From the NCBI GenBank assembly GCA_964016885.1, contig OZ024745.1:18414001-18478000 (forward strand): a stretch of DNA of 64,000 nucleotides, given 5' to 3'. The notes under the pieces were generated by a model that saw nothing but the letters and a program-made list of their open reading frames with translations, was not told the DNA's origin and searched no databases. Both the position numbers and the translations under genes were made by a program. This document shows, piece after piece, positions 13,024-27,200 of the stretch (within the stretch, counting starts at the first letter, position 1; each line of letters begins with the position of its first letter). This DNA comes from Eledone cirrhosa. Its lineage: Eukaryota.

Positions 13024-13180
13024 CAGCTCTATCTTACTATAACCCCGATTTGCTTGTGTATGGCTTGCTTTTTATGTGGTACCTGTCTACATACTTGTTA
13101 TACTCAGCTCTATCCTGTAATAACCCCACTTTGCTTGTGTATGGCTTGCATTTATGTGGTACCTGTCTATATACTTGTTG
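13024..13180. repeat. Tandem duplication, about 81-bp period
   Basis: cagctctatc...ataacccc...tttgcttgtgtatggcttgc...gtggtacctgtcta...tacttgtt occurs twice. Confidence 0.8.
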
Positions 13181-13384
13181 AACACCCATGGACTACGTAA
13201 TTCAAGTACCAACCAGTATACCTTGCTTATGTATACTATGGCGAGGATTATAATTACTATGGTCTTTCTGGAGGTACCTTAAGAACCTCTTAGTGCTAAT
13301 ATAACTATAAGTTACGGAGATCTTATCCACTTGTTTTATTAGGGACCAGCGCTTAAATTCCTCTGGCTTTTTATGTGCTTAAAA

Positions 13385-13650
13385 CTTTTTCTTTTTTCTT
13401 TTTTCTTTTTTCTTTTTTCTTTTTTCTTTTTTCTTTTTTCTTTTTTCTTTTTTCTTTTTTCTTTTTTCTTTTTTCTTTTTTCTTTTTTCTTTTTTCTTTT
13501 TTCTTTTTTCTTTTTTCTTTTTCCTTTTTCCTTTTTCCTTTTTCCTTTTTCTTTTTTCTTTTTTCTTTTTTTCTTTTTTCTTTTTTCTTTTTTCTTTTTT
13601 CTTTTTTCTTTTTTCTTTTTTCTTTTTTCTTTTTTCTTTTTTCTTCATTT
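13385..13650. repeat. (CTTTTTT)n heptamer tract
   Basis: Direct reading; source of the poly-F/poly-K ORFs. Confidence 0.95.
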
Positions 13651-13954
13651 TTTCTTTTTAAAATGTTTAACCTTTTTATTTATTTTTTATCTATTTATAT
13701 TATCTTCCTTTTACTTTTTTTATTATGTTTTAACCATTGTTTGTACTCTTTGCTTTTGTGTGCCATCACTTGTATCTACATCTTGTGAAATCTGCTTGTG
13801 CCTTAGCATTTAGCTGTGGTGCTTAATAACAACCCCAACATGTACTCTCTCCTTATTCGCCATCTCCGATCTCCCTATCTTTACCCTCTATTGTATTCCA
13901 ATTGTTTGTGTAACTAAGCTTGGTAGAGCTTATACTCAACACTGTGTTTATTAA

Positions 13955-13999
13955 GCTCTGAGGAATCCTACCCAACGGTATTGATGAAACATTGTAAGC
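13955..13999 (+). ncRNA. Minimal type I hammerhead ribozyme (PLE pLTR type)
   Basis: gct-CTGAGGA-atc-c-tacc-caac-ggta-tt-gat-GAAAC-att-GTA-agc; lies about 45 nt upstream of a (TA)n tract; same family as 118-162. Confidence 0.65.
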
Positions 14000-14044
14000 A
14001 AATATAAAAATTGTTTGAGTATGTAAGCTTTCTTTGATTTCTTT

Positions 14045-14122
<78 letters not shown>

Positions 14123-14808
14123 TACATATTTGTATATATATATATATGTGTGTGTGTGTATAATGTATACAATTATATATATATGTGTGCGTGTATGGAT
14201 ACATTCATATATATATATATATATGTGTGTGTGTAATGTAGTCTCTATCAACAGGAAATATGAAGAATGAACTCAATATAATGAAGAGTGTATTAGGTTG
14301 GAAATATAGTGTCAAATCAATGTACCATATTAGATAAAATTTCACCACACGAATTTCATTGGAAAATTTTGGCTGAAAACTCGTTTAGGCAGTTACATTT
14401 CGTATTCGATGTCCACCACACGTAATTGTCGACAACTGCTGTCATGCCCAATGTAGCTGAAGGAAGGTAACACTTTGGTATTCTTTATATTTGTTTTAAT
14501 TATATCCCTTAGAATGAATATTAACAATATGGTTTTCAACGGATTAGCATAAAATTTAACAAATTTAACTATCACTATGCTCTGTAAAGATGAAGTTTGA
14601 TATGATGTGTCATCATCGTAATTGTCATCTTCATTATCTCAGAGGTGTAGAAAATGGCAGAATATAAAATTGGATAATGGACTGTAACGGCTTCCTTGTT
14701 GCGTTCTATTCATCAGGCAATATGTTGCATTTTTAATAAAAAGACAACTCTAAATTAATACATAATTATTTGATAAGGCAAAACAAAACACATTATTAAT
14801 GGGATCAG

Positions 14809-14995
14809 GTAGGGGGATTGGCAGTATCAGTAGAAGGACGGACGCCATGCTTTACATAATAGAGTTACGCCCATTTATGGTGTGAGTTCAAATCCCGCCG
14901 AGGTTCACTTTGTCTTTCATCCTTACGGGGTCGATAAAATAAAGTACCAGTAATGTACTGGGTTAATTGCTGACCTTGTGCCAATAGTAGAAACA
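14809..14995 (+). mobile_element. tRNA-derived SINE (main family)
   Basis: 17-bp TSD attattaatggga(t/a)cag at 14792-14808 and 14996-15012 (1 mismatch). Confidence 0.92.
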
Positions 14996-16585
14996 ATTAT
15001 TAATGGGAACAGTAAAAGGATAAAAAAACGATATTGAAAATTAGAAAAAGATAATGAAAAAAGATCTTTAAATTTCCAGAAGAGAGAACTTGATTTATTT
15101 ATATTCATATTTCTTTCAATGTAACTGGTATGAAATGATACATAAACGGAGATGGATAAATAATGAATTCCTCTTATCGGGAATTTCGCTATGTGCCCAC
15201 TCCTGTTATATAAACAAAAGCTTTTTATCTAATAACTTAATATAATCTGAACTTACAGTATACAACCTGAACAAAATAATGTGATATTTGCCATTACTAC
15301 TTCTTATAGTTCAGGTTTAATTTCATCGTAACAAATCTTTTATTTTATTCGATGATACAATTGCTATTATATGTCAGAATTAGCGAAAGTTCTAGTTGAG
15401 TTGTTGCGTTGGTGGAATCCATAGATGAAATTAATATATAACTGACAATATTTGGAAAAGTTGCAGACGTATTGGATATTGACGCTATTGGCACAAGCAG
15501 AGAAAGCAATTAATCTTTCAAAACTCGATCAACACGAAAACAATATCGCTTGATTTAAATAATACGTTATGCTATAAAAATAGTTACCAAGTTTTCCATG
15601 GAATCTAGATTTTATTTCTGTTTTCACTTATCATATATACAAAGACGCCAAATTATCAGTGTGATTTTAATATCTGACGGAACGCTACTGTAATTTTCAG
15701 CAGTCAGACTGCTCTCTTCATCTGTTATATTTTTATTCACACTCTCGTATAATATTACAGAATCCGGGAGCCATAACATTGAACGTAAATCCTGGTTTAA
15801 GTGTGAGTATTTACTGTATAACACATTTTTTCAAATAGTGAATACATTAACAATGTATTCACTATTTGCTAGTTATAAAATATAATTTCTGTTCGGGGCT
15901 GTCGATTGGTGGAAATATTGCAGCAAGCAACAAAATGTCTATGGTATTTTTTCGGCTTTTTGCGTTTTTAATTCAAATATTACTGTGAGGTATGTGTGGC
16001 AGATGTTTCACAATGTACATATGATACATATGAGTTTCAAAAGATCCCGTTAAGGGTGAAAGCAGCGATTCTTTGCTTCAACTTTAATCTGTTATTTTAA
16101 TAAATAAATAAATATATATATATATATACAAATGAATATATGAGGGATGAACACCTATACAACTTCCGAGATGTGTGGCAAGTGCTCAATAAATTCTAAC
16201 GAACCAGAGCTACAACATACGTTAAAAGGACGATGGTTAAACCATTATCCGCACACACATAGAAACGACCAAGTAATTCGGGTCAACCAAATAAAAAAAA
16301 TGTGATTGAAAAATTTACCCGGACCCGTGGATGGTTGGTAAAATCCAGCATTTGGATTTCTGCGACTCATAAATCAAGTACTGTCCGCTTAGACAAATAA
16401 TGTTAAGCTTTTGGTATGATTGAACAAGGAAGTCACTTTCTCAACAGGTTTTAGTTCAAGTGCCAGGCCAAGGATTGTCTGTTATATATATATATATAGT
16501 AATAATAATAAATTTGAAGACTAAAATCCAGAGAGGGCTCGAAAAGGATAAATATATATCAAATATATAAGAACCGTAGAGCAAA

Positions 16586-16643
<58 letters not shown>

Positions 16644-16799
16644 TATATTTCACACACATATAATCACATATATATATTCATATATATATATATGTGAGTG
16701 TCTGTGTGTGTGTGTGTGTGTAGCTGTCGAATCTAGCCGTCAAAACGGCCGGAGCTCAGCCGTCGGCGGGGTCTTGATTCTTTTCCTATATATATATAT

Positions 16800-17057
16800 A
16801 TGACGTCACTTTCAGCTTATATCTGGAGTCTCAAAGACAACTACACCCAATATAAGTTACACTGGGAGATCCTAGCTAGGGCTAGATCGTATAACGGAAA
16901 TAAAAGACCATGTGACCTCTGCGCCGCTGAGGCCCTGGAAATACTCTACGCCACAGACCACATCTTAAACAAAAAATCTGAGGCCATTTCGGCTTGTAAA
17001 CACAAATTGCACAAAACTTTCCTGTATTACAGCCCCACATTATACCCTAACGGATAG
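16800..17057 (+). mobile_element. PLE GIY-YIG C-terminal fragment
   Basis: TSLSAYIWSLK...LHWEILARARSYN...CDLCAAE...LNKKSEAISACKH aligns by eye with the GIY-YIG tails at about 7990-8200 and 9200-9420. Confidence 0.8.
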
Positions 17058-17622
17058 TACGATCTATACGCGGATATTTTACGTCTTGAGGTGGTAGCTA
17101 GGTATATGTTATGTTTATACCATTACTTATTTGCATAGGTAAGTATATATTACCTGTATGTTTTGTGAAGGTACGTATACTTTCTCGTACGTATATTTGA
17201 TTGTATATGTTATGGCGTATATTTTATATATTCTGGTACATATGCTTTTGGTTATGTGTATACGTGAGTTTTGCGTGTGTGAGTATGCGGGTTCGTACGT
17301 ATGTAGGGTGTGTGTATATGTGTACTTCGTGTTTTTTGGTTGACGTAGTCTCCGAACATATTGTGTATTTACATGTATGTATGTGTGTGGCTTGTTATAT
17401 ACGTATGTATTTATTTATATTGTTTATTTAACTATTTGTATACACGCACACACACACATATTTATATGTGCGTGTATTTGTATACATATGGCGAGTGTTT
17501 TCGCGTATGCTTGTGTATGCAATATATGGATGCGTGTAAGTATTTATTTAATTTAAATTACCTCTGTATTTTATTTACTTTATTCTTAACTCTGAAGCCG
17601 AGAATCATTCAGTTTCCTAGTT

Positions 17623-17870
17623 AGAATTTTAGTCTACGACTTCAGTTATACCATTTACGTGGTTTTGTCTTTGCGTGCAATTGTTCTCCACGATCCACAT
17701 ATGACGTATTATCTTCGTTTTTTCCGTTCATTGCCAGAGAACGTCTCTATGAACCACCTAAGAGAATATTAGTCTACGACTTCTTTTATACCATAAACGT
17801 GGTTTTGTCTTTGCGTGTAATTGTTTTTCACCGCTCCAAATAATGACGTATTATATTCGTTTTTACTACG
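17623..17870. repeat. Direct tandem duplication, about 140-bp period
   Basis: ttagtctacgacttc...acgtggttttgtctttgcgtg...atgacgtattat occurs twice. Confidence 0.8.
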
Positions 17871-18024
17871 AGCCAAAGTATCATCTTCCTGTGTTCCTCC
17901 GGTTGCAACATTTTTTAAAATATTCACTTCTGCGTTCACAGATTGACTTTGTTAGTTTCAGAAGATCCCGTTAAGGGTGAAAGCAGCGATTCTTTGCTTA
18001 AACTTTAATTTGTTATTTTAATAA

Positions 18025-18133
<109 letters not shown>

Positions 18134-18211
18134 AAGTAAGTCCGTCGGAAAAGTCTCTATATATATATGGAAAACGAAGAATCAGTGATTCATCGGAACA
18201 CAAATTTATTA

Positions 18212-18302
18212 CGTATTACATATATTTCTCCGGCGAATAGCTCGAGGTGCGATCTATCTGTGGATCGCACCTGACTCTGGATTCGCCATTTCTTCAGATA
18301 CA
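18212..18302 (-). ncRNA. Type I hammerhead ribozyme with extended stem II
   Basis: tgtat-CTGAAGA-aatggcgaat...(aggtgcgatc/gatcgcacct hairpin)...attcgccgga-GAAA-tatat-GTA-atacg; 5-bp stem I; base of stem II mismatched. Confidence 0.6.
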
Positions 18303-18380
18303 TCTAGTGATTTCGAAGCAAATCCTCTTTCTGTGTGCTCAACCGGCATACCGCCTATGGACGCATCCAAGCAACCTTAT

Positions 18381-18422
<42 letters not shown>

Positions 18423-19337
18423 AACACATATCTGTATATATATATATATATATATATATTTCCGTGTTTATATTACATATATATCGGTATATAGATAGAT
18501 AGATAAATATACGTATGTATATGTATATATATATGTGTGTGTGTGTATGTGCGTGTGTATAAATATATGCGTGTGGCTTTTTTCTTTTAAAGAAGTTACT
18601 TTTGTGGTTATGTGTGTAGTCTTCTTGAATGTGCGTGACTTAATATCTATCGTACTTGTCTCACACTTGTAACATCACGTGACGTTTTTAAGGAAGAGGC
18701 ATTATTTCCTATTAATCTAGCAAAAATGATTTGTAACTAACTTAAACACTCAGACATGCCACACAATGTCGTGCTGGATCTCCCTGAGAAATACGTTACG
18801 TTTGCACATGTTTGTTGAATCGTCAGCCACTTGTATGTGGATATAACAACAACACTTTTCCGTTACTCGTATCAACTGATATTCTAATCAACTGGAAAAA
18901 CGAACTGTCCGAGGTTCAATTTCTAACAACAACATTAATTTGGCTTCACAAGATTTTAAAATTTCTTACGTTCTTCGTTGCTTTTTTTTGTTTTCGGTTG
19001 TCTTTTTTTTTTCTTTTATTGTTCGATTTTTTTTTTTTACACAAAATATCTTTTCATCCTAAAAATATCACCTTCTTGTTCTAAACCAAAATAAAAAAAA
19101 ATACAAATAACAAAAATCTGTGAGTGATGCATCAGTAAGAAATTTGATAAAGTATCGCCAACCGAAATAATTTATTATTGAATCGGTTGGGGGATTGTGT
19201 TCTTGAGAAGAATCCCCAAGGCCAACATGCCAGGGATATTTCTGTAGACTTTCTTTGAGATTTGGTTGTAAATTCTTGTCGTAGGAATATTTATCTGCTG
19301 CCAAAATAAGATCCAAATAGTAACATGCACATCTATA

Positions 19338-19438
<101 letters not shown>

Positions 19439-20087
19439 TCTGTATGTGTGTATTCATATGTATGTAAACATATATATGTATATATGTACGTATATAAATA
19501 TGTATACATATATAAATATGATTACATATATGTATGTATATATGTGTATGTATATATACATATATATATATATATACATATATATATATGTGTGTATGTT
19601 TATATGTATATGTATATATGCATATGTGTGTGTGTATGTAAGTATGTATGTATATGTATATGAATGTGTATGTAAGTATGTATATATGCATATGAATGTA
19701 TATACGAGTATGTACGCATGTGTATCTGTGTGGCTCTGTGTGTATACGATGGTATGTATGTGTGCGTGTATACGTACATATAACTACCTGGAAGAAAGAG
19801 AATGGAGACACAACAAATAGCACTTTTTCTGACGAAAAAATTACTTGATCGATGGAGAGAACTCCTATCTGTAAATAAAATTGATACTCTCCTTCTATAA
19901 ATCTATTTTTACTTCAGTTAACGAAGATAAATTACTTTCTTCTACATCTCTATCCCCCACTATCACTACCCTCACTTCAACTGTTATTTTCATCTACCCA
20001 GTATTTACATCTTTCCTTGTTGTCTCCCCCCACTCTCTCTCCCTCTCTCTCTCTGTATATATATATATATATATATATAAATTAATA

Positions 20088-20219
20088 ATAATTTCTGAAG
20101 ACAGCATGTATATGTGAAGGTATGTATATTTCCTCTGATAGTTTGTAATATTTTTACATAGATCTATATACTATACATACCAACACACATATATATCCTA
20201 GAAACGATCGTAAAATTAT
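20088..20219 (+). ncRNA. Type I hammerhead ribozyme with about 100-nt stem II insertion
   Basis: ataattt-CTGAAGA-cagcatgtatatgtg...cacatatatatccta-GAAAC-gatc-GTA-aaattat: perfect 7-bp stem I, perfect palindromic stem III acgatcgt. Confidence 0.75.
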
Positions 20220-20579
20220 GAATTTTTTTAATATAAGGAACTTCTTCTTTGTTTTTATTCATTGTTTTTATTGATTTATCTTGACTGTTTTCCTATGATT
20301 TTCATCGAAAATTTTTGAATGCATTTTCTTTTTTCATATTTGGATTACATTGTGTTCTTCATACGGATTGGACACTACCGTATATTTTGGTAGATTTATT
20401 TACATATATATATATATATATAAATATATTTCTCGCTCTCTCTTTCTCTCGTTCACCCTCCTCCCTCTCTTTCTTTCAGTCCACACATGATTTTCTAATT
20501 CTCTATCTATATTTATACCTCTCAGTGTATGTTCTGTATCACCCGCTCCCTCTCGCTCTCTCCCACTTATATATATATA

Positions 20580-23500
20580 TAACTTTGATAACTTTGATAG
20601 GTTTCGGTCAGTATTAGCCCACGCCATGTCTAACTTAATAGCACCACCTGGCGAAGTCTTTCAAATCACCATGGCCCACGAAAGTTATGTTTTACGGAGA
20701 CATATCTGGGTGTAGGAGAATTATCCGGGATTTCTTGAAGGAATTTGTCCAAAGACTTCTTGAACTTTATGGGTTCTGTTTCTGTTTTAATCTGTTTTGG
20801 TGTAATGTTAAAAAGAACGGGGCCAATTGCAGTGAAATAATTGTGCCGTATTGTTGTTATGAGATGCGTGTGTGATTTTTGTTGTGGGCGGATAGCATGG
20901 GGCTCAAGCATTGGGTGTACCTTAAAGGTGATACCAACATCATTTGAGCAATGCTGATGGAATATTTTCCACATCACGCAGATGATGTAGCGCTCACGGT
21001 GACGTTAGAGAGAATAAGTTTTGAGCTTTTTTAGTCGACCCCAATAGTCAAGGTCCATCAAGCCATCTGTCTTTTTGTAATCAACCTTTGAGGTGCTTCA
21101 TCTTTCACGATAATTTGTTTCGTGTGGGGAGACCACAGTTGGACAACAGTATTCAAGGTGTGGTCGTGCAAAAGTGGAGAAGAGAAGGATAACAGTGTGG
21201 ATATCTCTCGATTGGAAAGTTCTGAGAATACAGGAACACATTCTGCAGGCCATGTCAACTTTGCTGTTTATATGAGTGGCCCAGCTTATGTTGTTGTCCA
21301 CAATTACTTCCAAGTCTCTGATGTTGTTGGATGCCACGAGAGTTTCCCCTGAATGAAAGGAGTATGGGAGTTTCAGGGCATCCTCTTTTACAAAGTGGAT
21401 TAACTCAAATTTATCCTCGTTCAGCTGCATATTGTTCTTTTCCGCCCATTGGATAACAGTCAGTAGGTCTGATTGAAGGCAAGTCCGGTCAACCACCTCA
21501 TTGAAGATCTTTTGGAGCTTGGAAACATCTGCAATTATTCTTATGTTGCTGTGCTTGATGATGTCAGTAATGTCATTAATGTACATGATGAAAAGAAGTG
21601 GCCCCAACAAAGTGCCTTGCAGAACGCCGCTGCTGACTTTGGCTGGGCTTTATTTTACTCCTTCGACTACAACATGTTGAGCTCTGTTTGACAGGAAACA
21701 CTTGATCCATTGCAGTAATTTTCTAGAGACACCAATGTTGGATAGATTTTTGGATAGTTTTTTGTTGGATAGAATATTGTGGTCAACCCTGTCAAAGGCC
21801 TTGCTGAAATCAAGGTAGATGAGCCCTCTCCCAAAGCTCTCAAAATGTCATCAAAGTGATGCAGGAGCTGCGTTATGCAGTCCCTTCCATGGAACCCATG
21901 TTAGTTGCAGTTCAGCAGTCTGTTGCTTTCAAAAAGTGGGTTATTTGTGATCTCACCCCCGCCTCTTGAATACCTTGATATGAGAGGTGAGTGAGATCGG
22001 ACATTAGTTCACAGCATGTGACTTGTTTCCTTTTTTGAAAACTGGGACAACAGACTGGGACAGAAAGTTTTCAGGAATATAGCCAGCATTCAGTGAGTTA
22101 ATTCACAGATTAGCAAGAGGGGAGGCAAGATGAGATGCAAGTTTTGTTCACAGGTCTTGGTCGGGTGTGTTTTGCACATATATTTGTGACAGTGTCTACA
22201 AAGATCTGCCAAGATGTTGGTGGAAATGTGTGCGTGTTAAAGACCAGTCAACATGTGATAGTTCGTTCATAATTGCACCCCAGTTGGCATTATGGAGATC
22301 CATGTTATCAAATGGGTGGGCTGGATAGAGATCACTAGGATTAGCTTTCGGCTGGTGGAAACTCAGGATATAAAGAACCATGTCATTGTCTGAAAGAAGG
22401 GATTTGTTCACTATAATATTATGTATAGTGTTAGTGTGGTTACTAAACACTAGGTCCTAAATGTTCTTCTGATATCTTGTTGGTGCAAGGACAAGTTGGG
22501 ACAAACTCATTCATAAAGTCGAAAAGTGATTCTACTGCTGCTTTGTCAGCGGTTGAGGTGGAAGTACCTGGTTTCAAACTGTTTGTAGAACAATCAACGC
22601 AGGATAGATTAAAGTCTCCCACCATAAATATGTTACTAGAATGGCACTGTTGAATAAAGCACTTAATGCTGTTGAGGCATTCTTTAAAGCACAGTATGGG
22701 TGTTTGCGGAGGCCTATAGAGCCCAACTACTACCAGGTCATTGGCTTTGTTGTGAACGGTGGCTGATTCGCAGTAGCCATTGGAGAATGTGATATTTCCA
22801 TCTGCCGTAAAGGAATCATGCAGGAAAATGGCAGTTCCACCCTGCCTTCTGTTGACACAATCAGCGCGGATAGTTGTGAAATTCCTGGCTTTCCCTTCGG
22901 CCTCCAAGTGGGAGTTATCAATGTGGGTCTCAGTAAGAATGAAGAAAGGGGTGTGGAGTGGATGGTTCCCAACGCAATACTCAATGAATTGGATCTTCCA
23001 TTTTTGTGCGTTGATGGGAGGGCTGACACCTTGTGCATTGAGTAGAAATGTGGAGACTAGTGTAGTGGTTGGTTTTGACTGTTGCAGGGGGCTTGTTTTG
23101 TGATTGTTTGTTAGTGACAACAATGGGGGGGGGGTGCACTGGGGTAATAGGATGGTGTCGACTGATGGCTAGAAGGTTTTTTGTGTCTCTTTTGCCAGGT
23201 TCGACATGGCTAAAAAAGAATCTTCCTGCTTAGGGAGCAGTTTTTGACTGGATGTGTGGTTGGATAGGGTTGTAGTTTCCGCTTTTGTTGTTGTTGTATT
23301 TGTGTCTTCGTGAAAAGACTGGACCAGTATTACTGCAGCAGGGGGTGTTTTCACTGTGGTTTGTGTGTTGGCTTGGAGTCCCGTTTCTGTCAGTGCATCA
23401 GATCCCTGGAAGACAGTCACAGGGCTGACATAGTCTCTTGCGTTGGGAATACCAGCAGATTTGGGGACTCCGAGTTACACGTGCTTTAACATTCATTTTA

Positions 23501-23995
23501 CTATTTGGTGGTGTTGATGTTGATGTTATTGTGGGAAGCGTGCTTTGGCTTTGGTTGGTAGTGTTTGTATGGATTGTGCGTCTAGTGCCAGGTAGATGTT
23601 TGAAGATGCAGTCGCTATGAGTGCAGAGCCTCTGATGTAGTGAATAACGTCATATTTTGGTGTTTCTTCTTTGTGTCGTGGGGGCGCATTCTGCTTCATA
23701 ACCTAGGTCAGGCTGAGGTGGCCAAACTCCTCAAATACCGGTCGCTCTCACACAGGTTTGCGGTTGTACCCCTGGTAGTCAAGACTTCTGGTGTCCTCGG
23801 ACCTAGGGCTACCTCCCTACTTACCACCATAGGCGCTGAGCTGGCCAGCCGCAGATGTGGACCCCGCGAGTTGGAGGTGCTTTTCCAGCGCGTCTCTCTT
23901 GCCATCCGCCGGAGGAACGCCTTCTCCATCCTGTCCGCCGGGGCTGGGGGGGGGGGGGACCATCGCGTAACATTCCATATTTAAGTATGTGCACT

Positions 23996-24031
<36 letters not shown>

Positions 24032-24460
24032 TGTTCGATTCTTTTAGTTTTTTTATACTACAGTAGGATTGAGGTGGCGATGAGGGGGAAGAAAGTACGG
24101 CTTATTATTATTAGTTGAGGTGGTAGAAGGCGATAGTGGCAGCGGTGGTGATGATCAAGATAATTGCGGTGGTTGCGGTGAGAGTGGTGGGAGAGAGAGA
24201 GTGATGAAGAGTCATTCAGTAAATTAGCTATTATGCTGGAATTTAGGAGTGGCTCTTCCTGTTGTTGGTGTTTTTCTTGTTGTTCGTGTGGCTGTTGTTG
24301 TTGACCACTCTTTGAAGAGTAAATATATTGAAGTTTTTCAAAATGGCTCTCAATTAGTTTGAAAGAGACCTCGATATGTTTTAGTTTGCTGCGTATCTGC
24401 CTAACAGACCGCGTGTTGGGTATCTGCGCTGATTTTTCGGCAATCTCATTCAGACATATA
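20580..24460 (-). mobile_element. Decayed CR1-type LINE (ORF1, APE endonuclease, RT, 3' tail)
   Basis: APE motifs LLNAQG, ILTETH, GLYRPP, VGDFN (22443-23123); RT motifs LGPLLF, IADV(S), RPHLEYC (21098-21610); 3' tail (atcaaagtt)2; homologous to 57700-61216. Confidence 0.9.
23701..24028 (+). mobile_element. 3' fragment of CRE-like (restriction-like endonuclease) non-LTR retrotransposon nested in the CR1 ORF1
   Basis: AEVAKLLKY...VPLVVKTSGVLG...LFQRVSLAIRRRNA matches the RLE C-terminus pattern (K..KY, P...ET.G, QR.S.A..RGNA); GC-rich; (TA)n tail; absent from the second CR1 copy. Confidence 0.75.
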
Positions 24461-24711
24461 TACATTTGTATATATATGTGCGAATGTGATGTCCGTTTTA
24501 AAATCCTTATATGTCTCATTCTCTATATATATTTCAATCAATGTATCTACCAATCTCGTTTCGTCTCATTATACTCACCTTTATATTTATCCTTATATAT
24601 ATTATACATTTTATATCTCTATTTATCAATTTATGTATATATCTTTCATATTATCGTCTCACATGCTTCTTTAGCCGACTGCACAAAGACATGCACAGAG
24701 ACAAGCACACA

Positions 24712-24813
<102 letters not shown>

Positions 24814-25844
24814 GGATTGTATTTATTAATATGTATGTACATTAAACCCACTGAAACTTAAGTATTCGCGTATGCCACTGTTGTATGTATGCGTGTGTGT
24901 GTAATCAGTTTCAACGGTGGCATACGCGAATATATATATATATATGTGTGTGTGTGTATACGTATATACACATATATACATATATATATACACATATATG
25001 TGCCTGTGTGTGCTTCTGTGCATTGACATATGCGTACAAAGCAAAATCATATATTTGATCGATATGAATCTTTTAATCTATAGGTAAGCACATATAAATG
25101 TCCATACGTACAAATATGCGTATTTGTCCATACACCTATAGTTACACACTTATATGTATACTATTCTGGTTTAATTATTTCATAAATTTCCACTAATAAC
25201 ATGGAAATGAGACTTCTTTCACTAATCTTTAGCATTATATTGACATCTGCCGAGCAGCTCATTTCCACTACTGTGCTTACCATCTGTTCGCCATTCCGAA
25301 TCACCATGTTTGGTCTAATATGTTTGCATTTTATTAGGATTGTAACTTAACATACCACCAGTACTCTTTCATTTTATGTATGTCTTCCCCAACACTGTAA
25401 CTTTTTATGTTTATTTCCAATACTATCCTTTCATTGGATTGCATTGTAAAGTGTCTTGGTCACTACATCATGTATGTACATACGTACGTATGTATATATA
25501 TATAACATAAAAACAGTCTTGGCGCAAAATCAATTTTTTACATTCACATGACCTCTACCGACCAATCAAAATTGTTTTGACCACAAGAATTTTTGCAAAT
25601 TGGAGCCACTTTTTTAACATAAAAACAGGTAGAATTCCCAAAACTAATCAGATCAGAGCAAACAGCACGGACACTCTATCTCAAAATTATTTTTGAAAAG
25701 CATTTAGAAATGCGCAACCGGTAAAAACTTAAAAACTTAAAACCACAACTGAATACTAACCCATACAATCACTAATTCTCTTTTATTCCTAATTAAACCA
25801 TTTTTCAACTGTGAACAATTTGTCAGCATTTTCTATTCCGTTTA

Positions 25845-25899
<55 letters not shown>

Positions 25900-26449
25900 A
25901 CGCATGTATATACGTATTTATGTATGTTCCTATGTATATATGCATCTATGTATGTATGTGTATCTGTGTATATGCATACTTGTATATATGTTTGTATGTG
26001 TATCTGTGTATATGCATACTTGTATATATGTTTGTATCTATGATGGATGGAAGTACGGTTTGATGTATCGATGGGGGTTTGGTGTAGAAATTAAAAATAT
26101 AAGAGAAGAAAACATCAATGTGGCTGCTCAAGGTCATTTAGCAGTTGCTCATCTGAGACACAGAACATCATTGACCAAACTGATAATCAGTTACTGGTAA
26201 CAATAACCTGTCCAGAAGAGCTTCAGTATTTTATGATAATGAAAGAGCCGCTGAATGGAAATACAGGCGATTGTAACAACCAAAGTAAAATTTCCTTTAG
26301 AGTTATCCAGGGCCTTCTAAATTATGTTGCTGCGATTTCATATGAACTGCTGATGGGAAACTAGGCGAATGACCGTACGGAATTCAAATATGACCAGGTA
26401 TGTGGTGAACGACTCTTCGCCTTGTGGGCTATCACCATGCCCTGTATAG

Positions 26450-27200
26450 TGGCTATTTTTAATAAATAATATTCACTTCAAAAAGTCCTTAGACAGCATT
26501 CAAGCAATGCAAAATTCTACGGGATCCCAGAATACTACAATGTTTAGAAGGCTGATTATGGAAATGTTAGATACTGTGAAATACCGATCGGCGTTCGCCA
26601 AGTCGTATAAACTTGTCATTCCTAGTTTTACTAACCTGGGTTTTCATCCTAAAAACGACAGTCGGCAGTAATGGATATGGCATCTTATGGAAAGCTCAGA
26701 GTCAAGTGTTTGATCCGAACTTCGTTCAAAATATTGCATTGTTACTGAGATCCAGAGAACCTGTAACGTCTGAGTCAGAGCCAAAACGAAATGATGAAGA
26801 AACCTGAACTGAGAGCCAGTGAGAATAGACGAAACATGGGACTTGAACAAAGGACAAGAATCATCACCTTGATGACGAACTGATAGTAGAAGACGGGAGC
26901 TGATTCATGTCACTTGGTGGTTTGCAGTGAGAAGAATGTGGCATTGAAATCTATGTTAAGTACAGAATGGAATGGACAACAGAAGTGTTTCAATGAAAGA
27001 ACAGACTTTCGCTCATGAATAACTTCAATTCTAACATCAATACTGACAAACTACTAACAGTGATATATGTAGACGAACCAGCAATAGACATATGCATCTT
27101 CTCAGAAAGTTACTAATTCTTTGCGATGAAACTATTTTGTTGAGAATGATGCCTTTATGTATGGTGCAGGATGGCTAGAGGAAATTTGAAAGAACTACTT
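26450..27200 (+). mobile_element. Highly decayed RTE-type RT remnant
   Basis: ggcgttcgccaag (GVRQ) followed by GILW...FDPNFVQNIALL resembling GI.W...DLDFADDIALL. Confidence 0.5.
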
